Under the pieces are notes generated by a model. It saw nothing but the letters and a program-made list of their open reading frames with translations, made no database searches and was not told the origin of the DNA. DNA of 64,000 bases, taken from NCBI GenBank assembly GCA_963711075.1, contig CAVQCW010000008.1, positions 37,136 through 101,135 on the forward strand. The letters run 5' to 3'. Shown piece after piece: positions 53,744 to 64,000 of the stretch. The DNA comes from an uncultured Pseudomonadota bacterium. Its GTDB lineage: Bacteria; Pseudomonadota; Gammaproteobacteria; Xanthomonadales; Rhodanobacteraceae. Every line of letters begins with the position of its first letter. The stretch's first letter is position 1. The translations under genes and the position numbers were made by a program.

Positions 53744-55684
53744 ATGAAGGTTCTGCACATCGCGTTCGCAACCGCGTTGCTCGGTATTGCCGGCAGCGCT
53801 GCGGCAATGGACATCACGGTCACACGCCTCGACGATCCGGCGCCGGTCGCCTGCACACCGACGGATTGTTCGCTGCGCGAGGCGGTGTTGCTGGCCAATG
53901 CCAGCGTTGGTGCGGACACGATTCATCTTGGCGCTGGCGCCTACCAGCTCACGATTGCCGGTGCCGGCGAAGACCTTTCGGCATCCGGCGATCTGGACGT
54001 ACGCGACGACTTGACTATCGTCGGCGCCGGCCAGAGCCAGACCAGCATCGTCATGACAGGGCAACTCGATCGCGTGATCCAGCTTTACTACGATCAAAAC
54101 ACCGGTGTCGCACACACGCTGAACCTGCAGGATCTGTCCGTGTCGGGTGGTTATGCACACAGCAGCGATCCTCTCGATTCCGACAACCTGGGTCGCGGCG
54201 GCTGCATTTTTGCCGTCGGTGAGATGAACCTTACCAATGTGACGATCGGCAATTGTCAGGCGGACGATGCCGGCGGTCTGCACCTGGGTTTTGGCAATGC
54301 GTCTTCATTGCAAAACGTCATCATCACCGGCAATAGCGCGCTGCATGGTGCTGGCGGAGCGGAAATTCTGAGCTATTCAGCACCCGCCAGAATCAGCCAC
54401 CTCACGGTCAGCAACAACATCGTCAGCGGCTACGACTCGACCAATCCAAGGTTTGCCGGCGGACTGTATGTGTACATGAGCGGTGCCGGCGCCAACCTCG
54501 ATCATGTCAGCTTGATCAACAACTCGGCGCAGAAGTGCGGAGGTGGAGAAATCGCCGTCGACGGGCAGGCGCAGCTGTCAGACTTCACGGTCACCGGCAA
54601 CACCGCATATGGTGCTGGCGGTGGACTGTGCCTGGCGCAAACCATTCACGACGTTTCCGCGGACATGTATCGATTCAGCGTCACCGGCAATTCTGCCACG
54701 GGCGACGGCGGGGGCATTCTCGTTCTGCTCGACGCGAATTATCCGGTAAACACGTCGCTGCGGCTGCACAATGCCAACATCGCTGACAATACTGCCCAGC
54801 AAGGCAGAGGCGGCGGCGTGTCGTTTCCGTATTGCTTCGGCTGCGCATTCAGCGCACCCGTCAGCCGATCCCTTACGTTGCTCGACTCGACACTCAGCAA
54901 CAACAGCGCGACCGCGATGAGCATCAACGACGGCGAAGGATTCGGCGGCGGAATCTTCAGCCAGTTTTCAATCAAAGCGCTGCGCTCAACATTTGCAGGC
55001 AACCAGGCCGCGTTTTTCGGCGGCGGTATTTGTGTTGAGGCCTTCAGCAACAACGGTCTGCCCACTGGCACAAACTCAATCCAGTCGAGCACGTTCAACT
55101 CCAATACAACGGCTCAGACGTCCCCACTCGCTGGCGGTGGTGCCATCTACGTTCAGTCAACCGGTCTGACCATCGACAGCAGCACGTTCGACAACAACGC
55201 CGGACCCAATGGCGGCGTGCTTTTCAACTACGCCGCCTATGTCTATTTGTACCGCAGCACGCTGGCGGCAGGCAGCAACACACCGCCGGGTGCCGTGGGC
55301 ACGCTCGTCGAAGCACAAGGCGACGGCACCACCACCCCGGCGACAAACATCCTCAACAGCGTACTCAATGGCAATTGCCACGGCGTGATGCCGAATGGAT
55401 CGACGCCGGGCAATCTGGCCGTTGGCAGCAACAGTTGCGGCAGCAGCTATGTCTTGAACGAGAGCTCATTGCATCTGGGCGCACTCGCCGATAACGGCGG
55501 TCCGACGCAGACGCGCTTGCCCGGCGCCGGCAGCACGCTGATCGGCTTTGCCAATGCGACGTATTGCGCCACGTTCGATCAGCGCGGATACGTGCGTCCG
55601 AATTCGGCGACCTGCGATACCGGTGCTGTGCAAACAACCGCCATCGACGACGTGATCTTCCGCAACGGGCTTGAGATCAATTGA
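53744..55684 (+). CDS. Secreted choice-of-anchor-Q / polymorphic-membrane-protein-like repeat protein
   Basis: Signal peptide, TRLDDP...CTPTDCSLREAVLLANA module, then repeated (F/V/L)..N.A ... GGG(I/L) Pmp-like units. It ends ...VIFRNGLEIN-stop. Confidence 0.82.
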   Translation: MKVLHIAFATALLGIAGSAAAMDITVTRLDDPAPVACTPTDCSLREAVLLANASVGADTIHLGAGAYQLTIAGAGEDLSASGDLDVRDDLTIVGAGQSQTSIVMTGQLDRVIQLYYDQNTGVAHTLNLQDLSVSGGYAHSSDPLDSDNLGRGGCIFAVGEMNLTNVTIGNCQADDAGGLHLGFGNASSLQNVIITGNSALHGAGGAEILSYSAPARISHLTVSNNIVSGYDSTNPRFAGGLYVYMSGAGANLDHVSLINNSAQKCGGGEIAVDGQAQLSDFTVTGNTAYGAGGGLCLAQTIHDVSADMYRFSVTGNSATGDGGGILVLLDANYPVNTSLRLHNANIADNTAQQGRGGGVSFPYCFGCAFSAPVSRSLTLLDSTLSNNSATAMSINDGEGFGGGIFSQFSIKALRSTFAGNQAAFFGGGICVEAFSNNGLPTGTNSIQSSTFNSNTTAQTSPLAGGGAIYVQSTGLTIDSSTFDNNAGPNGGVLFNYAAYVYLYRSTLAAGSNTPPGAVGTLVEAQGDGTTTPATNILNSVLNGNCHGVMPNGSTPGNLAVGSNSCGSSYVLNESSLHLGALADNGGPTQTRLPGAGSTLIGFANATYCATFDQRGYVRPNSATCDTGAVQTTAIDDVIFRNGLEIN

Positions 55685-55703
55685 GCGGTCATCAGGCCTG
55701 ACC

Positions 55704-57287
55704 ATGACCAGCATGTTTGCAATGACGCTCTGTGACGTTCGTAACACTGGTCGCAACGTGTCGTTCGCGTTGCTGATGTCAGCGGCTGGCGTCGCACAAG
55801 CCACCACGTTCACCGTTGTCTCCAGCGACGACCCAACGCCCGCAGGTTGCACGCCGACGCATTGCTCGTTGCGCGAAGCGATTGCAGCCGCGAATGCCGA
55901 TACCAGCGCGCCGCAAACGATCGACTTCGCGATACCCGGCGCCGGACCGCATACGCTCAACGTCACCAGCCAGCTTCCGGCCATCACACGCAGCACCACC
56001 ATCGACGGCTTCTCGCAGGCCGGCACGGCGACGAACACGAATTCTCCGGACCAGGGCGGACTCAATGCTGTTCTGCAGATCGAGATCGTCGGCGCGGGCG
56101 GCTTTGGCTTTATCGTCGGCACCAGCAATGGCATCAGCGTGACAGTTCAGGGTCTGGCCATGCACGGGTTCAGTACACCCATTGCCGGCGCCGGCGGCAA
56201 CGGCGGCAGTTCGCAGTTGAACGTGTTCGGCAATTATCTGGGCACGACGATTGACGGCGCGTCGCTGGGCGCAAGCCCGGGCAATACCGGCAGCGACATC
56301 AGTTGCGCAAACAGCCCGATCCAGATCGGCGGCCAACAAGCCTGGCAACGCAATCTGATTTCCGGATCCGGCGGCGCGGCGATATCGATCGGCGGACCGG
56401 CAATCGTCGAAGGCAATCTGATCGGTACCGATGCCAGCGGCACGCTGCCGATCGCCAACGGCATCACCGGCAACAATGCCGCGATCACGATCTCCACCTA
56501 CTATGCGCCGATCCGCATCGGCGGCGCCTTGCCCGCATCGCGCAACGTGATCTCCGGCAACCATACCTGGGCGATTTCCGTCGGCGCACCCAGTGGCATC
56601 GCCAACCATGACGGCCTGGAAATCAAGGGCAATAACATCGGCACGGACTGGAGCGGACTGCAGGGATTGCCGAACGGTTACGAAAATCCGCTCTACGCAC
56701 AATACGGCGGCGGCATCCAGCTCGCCAACGCCGGCAGCGATCCGAATCCGGCGACCATCGGTGGCTTTGGAGCTGGAGAAGCAAACCTGATCGCCTACAA
56801 CCGCGGTGCGGGCATATCCGTCACCTACAACACCGCCGGCGAAAATTTCGACAACCGGGGCAACGCGATTCATCACAATCGCGGCGTCGGCGGTACCAAT
56901 GTCGACATCGGCGCATTCGGCAAGACGCCGAACGATGCCGACGATGCCGATTCCGGCGCAAACGGTGTGCAGAATTACCCGGAAATTCTCTCGTCCAGCC
57001 AGTCCGGCGACCAGTTGACGGTGACCTACGTCGTCGACACCGCAACGACGAACGCGACCTATCCGCTGCGCATCGATTTCTATGCCGACGTGCAAGGCGG
57101 AAGCGGCGAACTGTTGGCCGAAGATTTTTATGCGCTGAGCGACGCGCAGCAACCGCGCACGGTAACGCTGAACTTGCCCGCTGGCGCCAAGGCGATTCCA
57201 TTCGTGGCCGCCGCCACAGATGCCAATGGCCGCAGCAGCGAATTCTCGCCGGCGGCGGATGTCATCTTCGAAAACGACTTCGAATAG
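55704..57287 (+). CDS. Secreted choice-of-anchor-Q / beta-helix protein
   Basis: SSDDP..GCTPTHCSLREAIAAANA module, beta-helix repeats, and C-terminal GANGVQNYPEIL...RSSEFS...VIFENDFE-stop. The start (ATG 55704) is moderately uncertain. Confidence 0.8.
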   Translation: MTSMFAMTLCDVRNTGRNVSFALLMSAAGVAQATTFTVVSSDDPTPAGCTPTHCSLREAIAAANADTSAPQTIDFAIPGAGPHTLNVTSQLPAITRSTTIDGFSQAGTATNTNSPDQGGLNAVLQIEIVGAGGFGFIVGTSNGISVTVQGLAMHGFSTPIAGAGGNGGSSQLNVFGNYLGTTIDGASLGASPGNTGSDISCANSPIQIGGQQAWQRNLISGSGGAAISIGGPAIVEGNLIGTDASGTLPIANGITGNNAAITISTYYAPIRIGGALPASRNVISGNHTWAISVGAPSGIANHDGLEIKGNNIGTDWSGLQGLPNGYENPLYAQYGGGIQLANAGSDPNPATIGGFGAGEANLIAYNRGAGISVTYNTAGENFDNRGNAIHHNRGVGGTNVDIGAFGKTPNDADDADSGANGVQNYPEILSSSQSGDQLTVTYVVDTATTNATYPLRIDFYADVQGGSGELLAEDFYALSDAQQPRTVTLNLPAGAKAIPFVAAATDANGRSSEFSPAADVIFENDFE

Positions 57288-57358
57288 CGCCGCGTTTCAT
57301 CACGCTGGTAAGATGCACGCATGGCACACTCGCTGCCGCGCACTTGCCGGAGCCTTGC

Positions 57359-57820
57359 ATGAAACGACTGCTGCTGTTGACCTTGTTGATCGCCACCAGC
57401 GCGTTTGCCGCGACCGGCCCCTACAATCCAAAGGCTGATGCAAATGCCGATGTGCAGCGCGCGCTGACCAAGGCCGCAGCCGACCACGAACCCGTGCTGC
57501 TTTTTTTCGGCGCGAACTGGTGTGAGGATTGTCGCGCATTGGCCAAATCGCTCGAAGCCGGCAAGAACGCTGAACTGATGGCCACGCATTTCAATATCGT
57601 CAAGATCGACGTCGGCAATTTCGACCGCAATCTCGACGTGGTGAAACGCTTCGGCAATCCGATCAAGAAAGGCATTCCCGCCGCAGTGATCGCATCGTCG
57701 CACGGCAAAGTGCTGTACTCGACCCGCGCCGGCGAATTGTCCTCGGCTCGCCACATGAGCGATCAAGGCGTGTACGACTTTTTCACCAAGGCCATCGCAC
57801 GCATAGAAAAGAAGACGTGA
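57359..57820 (+). CDS. Periplasmic thioredoxin-fold protein (CxxC = WCEDC)
   Basis: Signal peptide, then VLLFFGANWCEDCRAL, typical of Thioredoxin_7-like proteins. Confidence 0.8.
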   Translation: MKRLLLLTLLIATSAFAATGPYNPKADANADVQRALTKAAADHEPVLLFFGANWCEDCRALAKSLEAGKNAELMATHFNIVKIDVGNFDRNLDVVKRFGNPIKKGIPAAVIASSHGKVLYSTRAGELSSARHMSDQGVYDFFTKAIARIEKKT

Positions 57821-58081
57821 AGATGCAAATCCAGTTGGTCTGATTCGTGGAACATGTCGGTCCCGGCGGGTGCCATCGTCAGATGCCCGGTGAGTTGTCC
57901 GTCGGAGCGCTTCATGGCGCTGGGATTGACCGGACCTGGACCGCCCAGACCGCGACGCTCCATCGCCGAATGCGAACGGCAATCGCGCCGACAGGTTGCT
58001 GAAAATGCTCCGTAGTGTGCGCCATGCGCACGTTCTTGCACCATCGTGTCCGCATGCACGCCAAACCCATCATGTCCAGCG

Positions 58082-58558
58082 CTATGGCTGCTTGACGTGA
58101 AAGCGCAGATCAATCTGCACCGGCTCATCGAAAACGGTTGCCCCGGGCCGGGTATACAAATGCCCGCTGATGAAGCCGCCACTGATTTTGACGTCATTGA
58201 CCCAGACCAGACCGGAATTGCTTGATCCGGAATGCTTGAGTGCCGAATGCCAAGGCTCGCATCCGATGACATTCCAATCGGTGCCGGACCCGGACACCCT
58301 GATCGACAGCGCGTCGCCAAGATTGCCGAATTGCGCATCCATGCGCGCGTCTGGATCATGACTGGCATCCTTCTCGCTGAAGACCAATTGGATAACGGGC
58401 TTGTTGTCGAATGGCTTGCCTTTCAGCGCAACGAGATAATTGAGCTTGCCGCTTTTGCCATTGGCGCCAAAGGTTCCATGGAACGGTGTGGCTGCAAACA
58501 GGTCTGCACTTGCCAGAACCAACAGGCCAAGAACAGCGAAATGAATTGTGCGCGGCAT
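58082..58558 (-). CDS. Secreted hypothetical protein, distantly similar to the N-domain of the 50120-50974 lipoprotein
   Basis: Signal peptide FAVLGLLVLASADLFA. The start is set at MPRTIHF. No family recognised. Confidence 0.55.
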   Translation of the reverse strand: MPRTIHFAVLGLLVLASADLFAATPFHGTFGANGKSGKLNYLVALKGKPFDNKPVIQLVFSEKDASHDPDARMDAQFGNLGDALSIRVSGSGTDWNVIGCEPWHSALKHSGSSNSGLVWVNDVKISGGFISGHLYTRPGATVFDEPVQIDLRFHVKQP

Positions 58559-58723
58559 GATTGATTTCTCTCGATTGAAGAAGGAAAGCGCAATGGGTCC
58601 AATAGCTCTCCGACACGCAGACAAATGTGCAATAGCGACGAAACAATCGCTGCTGTCGACGAATCGGCGCGAGGCGGAGCATTCAGTATGCGTGCGCTAC
58701 GCGCCTGCGTCGGTCACGCTTGC

Positions 58724-59758
58724 TCACGGCCCGAAACCGTCTCGAAAAATGAGGTCGGCATTCTCAAACGCGCCGATGTCGATGTGCGCGCCAACGATGC
58801 GTGGCCGGAACGCCAGATCAAGCGTACCGACGCCGTAGCCGGGGGCGTCGTTGCCCGCGTCGATGAGCAGCGATGTGCTGTCCAGTTCGTAGTTGCCACA
58901 GCCCACGCCGCAATCGACGAAGCGCGGATCGACGCTCACGTTGCCGCTGGCGGCATCGGGTATGGCCATGGTACCGCCGACGATACCGAGATCGTTGTTC
59001 AGTCGACTGTGCGCCGCACCGGCGTACAGGTCGTAACCGCCGTCGTTGGTGTTGCCCCACAGGATATTGTTGGCAAGGGTGAAATGCGCATTGCCGGAAA
59101 TCGCCAGGCCACCGGTGTTCTGCCCAGCCTGATTGCCGTTGTCGGCGACGGTGTTGCCAATCACGTACGCCTCGCCAGCGCCCTGGTAAAGCGTGCCGGC
59201 ACCGAAATCGAACGCCGTATTGCCCACGACGAGATTGTTGGCGAACGAGATCTGGCCATGTTCGGTGCCCACGCTGAGGCCGCCACCAAGACTGCCTGCA
59301 TTGTTCGCGAAGCGGCTCAGGCCGATCAGGATGTTGCCGTTGCTCGAATACGCGTACAGTCCCGCGCCGCCATTGAGATCGTTGACAGAACCGTTTTCGA
59401 AGCCCATGCGCGATATCGCGACCGCGCCATTGCTGTTGGAAACAGACAGCGCGCGATACAGATTCTGGCCGTTCAGGATCGACAAGGTTCCGGTCAGGGT
59501 CGAGCAAGTCGCATCGACGCCACCGACCAGGGTCAGCGCGTAGGCCTGTGTTGAATCGAATTCCAGTCCGGCGCTCAAGTTGTACGTGCCCGCGACGACG
59601 TAGACGATATCGTTGTCGTTATCGGTTTGCGCTGCGGACAACGCGGCAGCAAATTGCCCTGGATTGGATACGCAAAACGTCGCCGCCGATGTCGTCGCGA
59701 AGGCGCCGAACGCGCCGGCGCATGCGGCGATTGCCTGAAGTTTTCTCATGGTGTTCAT
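58724..59758 (-). CDS. Secreted parallel beta-helix repeat protein (paralog H)
   Basis: Signal peptide and an FCVSNPGQFAAAL..A....I..V.AGTYNL module. It ends ...LIFRDGFGP-stop. Confidence 0.8.
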   Translation of the reverse strand: MNTMRKLQAIAACAGAFGAFATTSAATFCVSNPGQFAAALSAAQTDNDNDIVYVVAGTYNLSAGLEFDSTQAYALTLVGGVDATCSTLTGTLSILNGQNLYRALSVSNSNGAVAISRMGFENGSVNDLNGGAGLYAYSSNGNILIGLSRFANNAGSLGGGLSVGTEHGQISFANNLVVGNTAFDFGAGTLYQGAGEAYVIGNTVADNGNQAGQNTGGLAISGNAHFTLANNILWGNTNDGGYDLYAGAAHSRLNNDLGIVGGTMAIPDAASGNVSVDPRFVDCGVGCGNYELDSTSLLIDAGNDAPGYGVGTLDLAFRPRIVGAHIDIGAFENADLIFRDGFGP

Positions 59759-59916
59759 GGCCGGTTCCAGCCAGCGGACTTGGCCATACAAATGCACAAG
59801 CGCGCAAAAGCGAACGCCACCATGCCCGCGGAAGGCGACAGCCTGGCAAACGTTTGAGCGTCACCTGTTGGCCGTGCGGTGATACAGTGGCGCGCAACCC
59901 AGTCCGGAGCACCGAC

Positions 59917-60354
59917 ATGGACCCGTTTCTGCAAAACGCCATCGACGAAGCCCGCCAGGGATTGGACGAAGGCGGCATACCGATCGGCTCGGTCATCGTC
60001 CACGCCGGGCGCATTCTGGGCCGCGGCCACAACCGCCGCGTGCAGCAGGGTTCAACCGTCCTGCACGGCGAGATGGACGCGTTCGAAAACGCCGGCAGGC
60101 AACCCGCGCGCGTGTACCGCGAGTGCGTTCTCTACACGACGCTGTCGCCCTGCCCCATGTGCAGCGGCGCCATCCTGCTGTACGGCATACCCAGGGTGAT
60201 CGTGGGCGAAAACAAGACCTTCATGGGTGAGGAAGACCTGTTGCGTTCGCGCGGCGTGAGCGTCGAGGTACTGCAGGACGAAACCTGCATCGCGATGATG
60301 CGCGATTTCATCGCCGCCAGTCCCGAACTGTGGAACGAGGATATCGGTGTGTGA
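59917..60354 (+). CDS. CDA-fold (yeast Fcy1-type) cytosine/nucleoside deaminase
   Basis: Zinc motifs HGEMDA and SPCPMCSG. 145 aa. The ending ...LWNEDIGV resembles Fcy1. Confidence 0.85.
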   Translation: MDPFLQNAIDEARQGLDEGGIPIGSVIVHAGRILGRGHNRRVQQGSTVLHGEMDAFENAGRQPARVYRECVLYTTLSPCPMCSGAILLYGIPRVIVGENKTFMGEEDLLRSRGVSVEVLQDETCIAMMRDFIAASPELWNEDIGV

Positions 60355-60363
60355 AGTGCGCAA

Positions 60364-61878
60364 TCAGGACGGTGTGGCTACCGTGGCCTGCGATTTGCCT
60401 ATTGCGACACTCATCGCCCAATACGCAACGAGCGCCACGATGAAGGTGAAAAACCAACCGTAGGTGTACAGCCGATCGATGAAGCCCGGATGCGTAACGA
60501 CACCGCCCGGTGTGGTCGCCGCCGCGATGAAGCCCGGAACGACCGGTACGATGGCGACGGCGATGGCGATGAACGCGATCGCGTTCCAGCGCGGATACTG
60601 GCCGTTCATGCGGTACAGGTCGGCGATATCGAGGCGACGACGTCGCACGATCCAGTAGTCGGCGATCATCACCCCGGCGATCGCGCCGAGCAGGCTGCCG
60701 TAACCGCCCAGCCAGGTGAAAATATAGGCGCTGGCGCTGTTGAAGATCGCCCACGGGCACATCAGCACGCCGATGACCCCGGTAATCATGCCGCCGGTGC
60801 GGAAAGAAATGTAGCGCGGCGCGACGTTGGAAAAATCGTTCGACGGCGCCACCACGTTGGCTGCCATGTTGGTGCTGATTTGCGCGATGAGGATGAGCAG
60901 CATGGCGATGATCAGGATCACCGGATTGTGGGTGATCATCGCAACCAGGTCGACCGGATTCCACACCGGCTTGTCGAAGACCACCACGGTCGCCGCCGTC
61001 GTGGCAATGCCGAGAAAACTGTACGCAATCATGGCCAGCGGCAGGCCGATCGTCTGGCCGATGACTTGCGAGCGCTGCGAGCGCGCAAACCGGGTGAAGT
61101 CGGGGATGTTCAGGCTCAGCGTTGCCCAATAGCCGACGTTTGCCGCGAGCCCCGGCCAGAACAATTCCCAGAACGAGTGCTCAGGCGTGCCCATCATGCG
61201 CGCCGAGGTACGCAGCACGTTGTCCAGACCGTGGCCGGCGGAAATGCCCCAGTACAGCAGCCACACGCCGACCAGAATCAGCGCCAGCGCCGCCCACGAT
61301 TCGAATTTCTTGATGCCTTCCATGCCGCGGTAGATGATGGCCATCTGCAGCACCCAGAAAATGAAAAAGGCGATGAAATCGTGGCCCGGCAGCGCCGACC
61401 AACCCGGCCACAACACCGCCACGATGCCGGACACCGCCAGACCGCCCAGCCACGTCTGGATGCCGAACCAGCCGCAGGCGACGATGGCGCGTGCCAGTGC
61501 CGCGAAGTTGGCGCCGACAATGCCGAACGACGAACGCACGAACACCGGAAACGGAATGCCGTAACGCACGCCGACGTGCGCGTTGAGCAGCATCGGAATC
61601 AACACGATGAAGTTGGCAATGCCGACCGTCGCCAGCGCCTGCCACCAGTTCATGCCGGCCGACATCAAACCCGAGGCCAACGTGTAGGTCGTCAGCACCA
61701 CGCTCATGCCCAGCCACATGGCAAGAATGTGCCAGGTGTTCCATGTGCGCTTGCGCGGCCCGGCCGGCGCGAGGTCGTCGTTGTACAGCGGCGAATCGGC
61801 AACGGCGCGACACAGCGCATCGACTTGTGCGTCGGACTTGAATTCCAGGTCGTGGAACTGCTGCGTGTCGTCGGTCAT
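60364..61878 (-). CDS. NCS1 family nucleobase/hydantoin:cation symporter
   Basis: N-terminal NDDLAP....R.W......MW block and a 12-TM architecture. It lies next to dihydropyrimidinase. Confidence 0.88.
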   Translation of the reverse strand: MTDDTQQFHDLEFKSDAQVDALCRAVADSPLYNDDLAPAGPRKRTWNTWHILAMWLGMSVVLTTYTLASGLMSAGMNWWQALATVGIANFIVLIPMLLNAHVGVRYGIPFPVFVRSSFGIVGANFAALARAIVACGWFGIQTWLGGLAVSGIVAVLWPGWSALPGHDFIAFFIFWVLQMAIIYRGMEGIKKFESWAALALILVGVWLLYWGISAGHGLDNVLRTSARMMGTPEHSFWELFWPGLAANVGYWATLSLNIPDFTRFARSQRSQVIGQTIGLPLAMIAYSFLGIATTAATVVVFDKPVWNPVDLVAMITHNPVILIIAMLLILIAQISTNMAANVVAPSNDFSNVAPRYISFRTGGMITGVIGVLMCPWAIFNSASAYIFTWLGGYGSLLGAIAGVMIADYWIVRRRRLDIADLYRMNGQYPRWNAIAFIAIAVAIVPVVPGFIAAATTPGGVVTHPGFIDRLYTYGWFFTFIVALVAYWAMSVAIGKSQATVATPS

Positions 61879-62107
61879 GCGATTCCCCAGGGTTGTTGTT
61901 CAGGATGGCAGTCGCGCAAAGCGCTCCAACGAGCGCTGCCGGCTGCAACGATCCACCCGGCGCGATGGTTGCATCGCACCAGTGGGCAGCTCCGTAGTCG
62001 ATGAAACCTGCAGGAGCCTTGAGCTGCAATAGTTCCAGTGTCAATCAGGCACTGCAACAGGTCGCGTTCCGTGAACGATGGCGACATCAGTCCCGACACA
62101 TTGCGGA

Positions 62108-63559
<1,452 letters not shown>

Positions 63560-63632
63560 TCATTGCCTCCATCGTTGCGTGCGGGTGACGCCACGTTCAA
63601 TGCGCCATTCACTCGCCGAATGTGTTGGGGAT

Positions 63633-64000
63633 CTATACGTTATTCGGATACGTCGTCCAGTCGGCGTGGCCGTGCTCGATGGCGCGACCGGTGCGCGGGT
63701 CCGTACCGCCTTGCATCGCCACCATGGCCAGGCAGTTTTCGACCGGGCACACCTCGACGCACAGATTGCAGCCGACGCATTCGTCGTCCTTCACTTCGAA
63801 ATGGCGTTCGCCGTTCCTGCTCGCGCTGATGGCCTGATGCGACGTGTCTTCGCAGGCGATGTAGCAGCGGCCGCACTTGATGCACAAGTCCTGATCGATG
63901 TGCGCCTTGGTGACGTAGTTCAGATTGAGGAACTTCCAGTCGACCAGGCGCGGCAGCGCGCGGCCGATGAAATCGTCGAGCCGGGCGTAGCCTTTGGATT
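63633..64000 (-). CDS. preA: NAD-dependent dihydropyrimidine dehydrogenase subunit PreA, C-terminal part (5' end lies outside the window)
   Basis: C-terminal 2x[4Fe-4S] ferredoxin domain CIKCGRCYIACED and CVGCNLCVEVCP. The frame is open to the window edge. Confidence 0.8.
   Translation of the reverse strand, partial: SKGYARLDDFIGRALPRLVDWKFLNLNYVTKAHIDQDLCIKCGRCYIACEDTSHQAISASRNGERHFEVKDDECVGCNLCVEVCPVENCLAMVAMQGGTDPRTGRAIEHGHADWTTYPNNV

Noticed and set aside
52142-54283. 713-aa minus-strand ORF spanning the FG-GAP and choice-of-anchor-Q genes.
   Set aside because: It is antisense to two genes with clear repeat families, signal peptides and RBSs. Its translation is Arg/Ala/Gly/His-rich with no motif. 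This is a typical high-GC antisense artefact.
46567-59916. Calling the secreted-protein block a horizontally acquired genomic island.
   Set aside because: No integrase, tRNA, flanking direct repeats or obvious compositional break is visible by eye. Local duplication and shuffling of paralogs explains the structure without invoking transfer. Quantitative GC and codon analysis would be needed.

Overview
High-GC (about 65% by eye) chromosomal segment of a Gram-negative bacterium. The gene content suggests a gammaproteobacterium of the Xanthomonadales/Rhodanobacter type; this is an inference, not a search result. I found no rRNA, tRNA, CRISPR array or intact mobile element. The left third holds ordinary genes: a 5'-partial SPFH gene, an alpha/beta hydrolase, an M15B peptidase, a GGDEF cyclase, a penicillin-acylase-family gene, a GldG-type ABC cluster, a two-component pair, minCDE and a YhiN flavoprotein. 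There is also a decayed REP-associated tyrosine transposase remnant.

The most interesting block is 23.6-31.9 kb. A textbook fluoride (crcB-motif) riboswitch sits in front of crcB and a DUF190 gene. These run, with overlapping or 4-nt-spaced stop/start codons, straight into a six-gene Hyf/Hyc-like (complex-I-like) membrane module. The 'hydrogenase large subunit' of that module has lost all four Ni-Fe-ligating cysteines. Its ferredoxin and small-subunit genes are fused. It is therefore an Ehr-type (energy-converting-hydrogenase-related) complex of unknown chemistry that looks wired to fluoride sensing.

Downstream lie cfa, an ECF sigma factor paired with a Ser/Thr kinase-DUF4384 protein, an mdtABC-like RND operon and a secreted TPR-CHAT protein. 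A 13-kb block (46.7-59.8 kb) follows, made of mosaic paralogous secreted beta-helix, choice-of-anchor-Q and FG-GAP proteins. Six of these end in a shared C-terminal (I/L)F-x-(N/D/H)-(G/D)-(F/L) motif that I cannot assign to a named sorting signal. The block also carries duplicated hairpin-bearing intergenic repeats. The right end is a reductive pyrimidine/hydantoin utilisation cluster (cytosine deaminase, NCS1 permease, dihydropyrimidinase, partial preA).

Many long ORFs in the track are antisense or alternative-frame artefacts typical of high-GC DNA and were not annotated.
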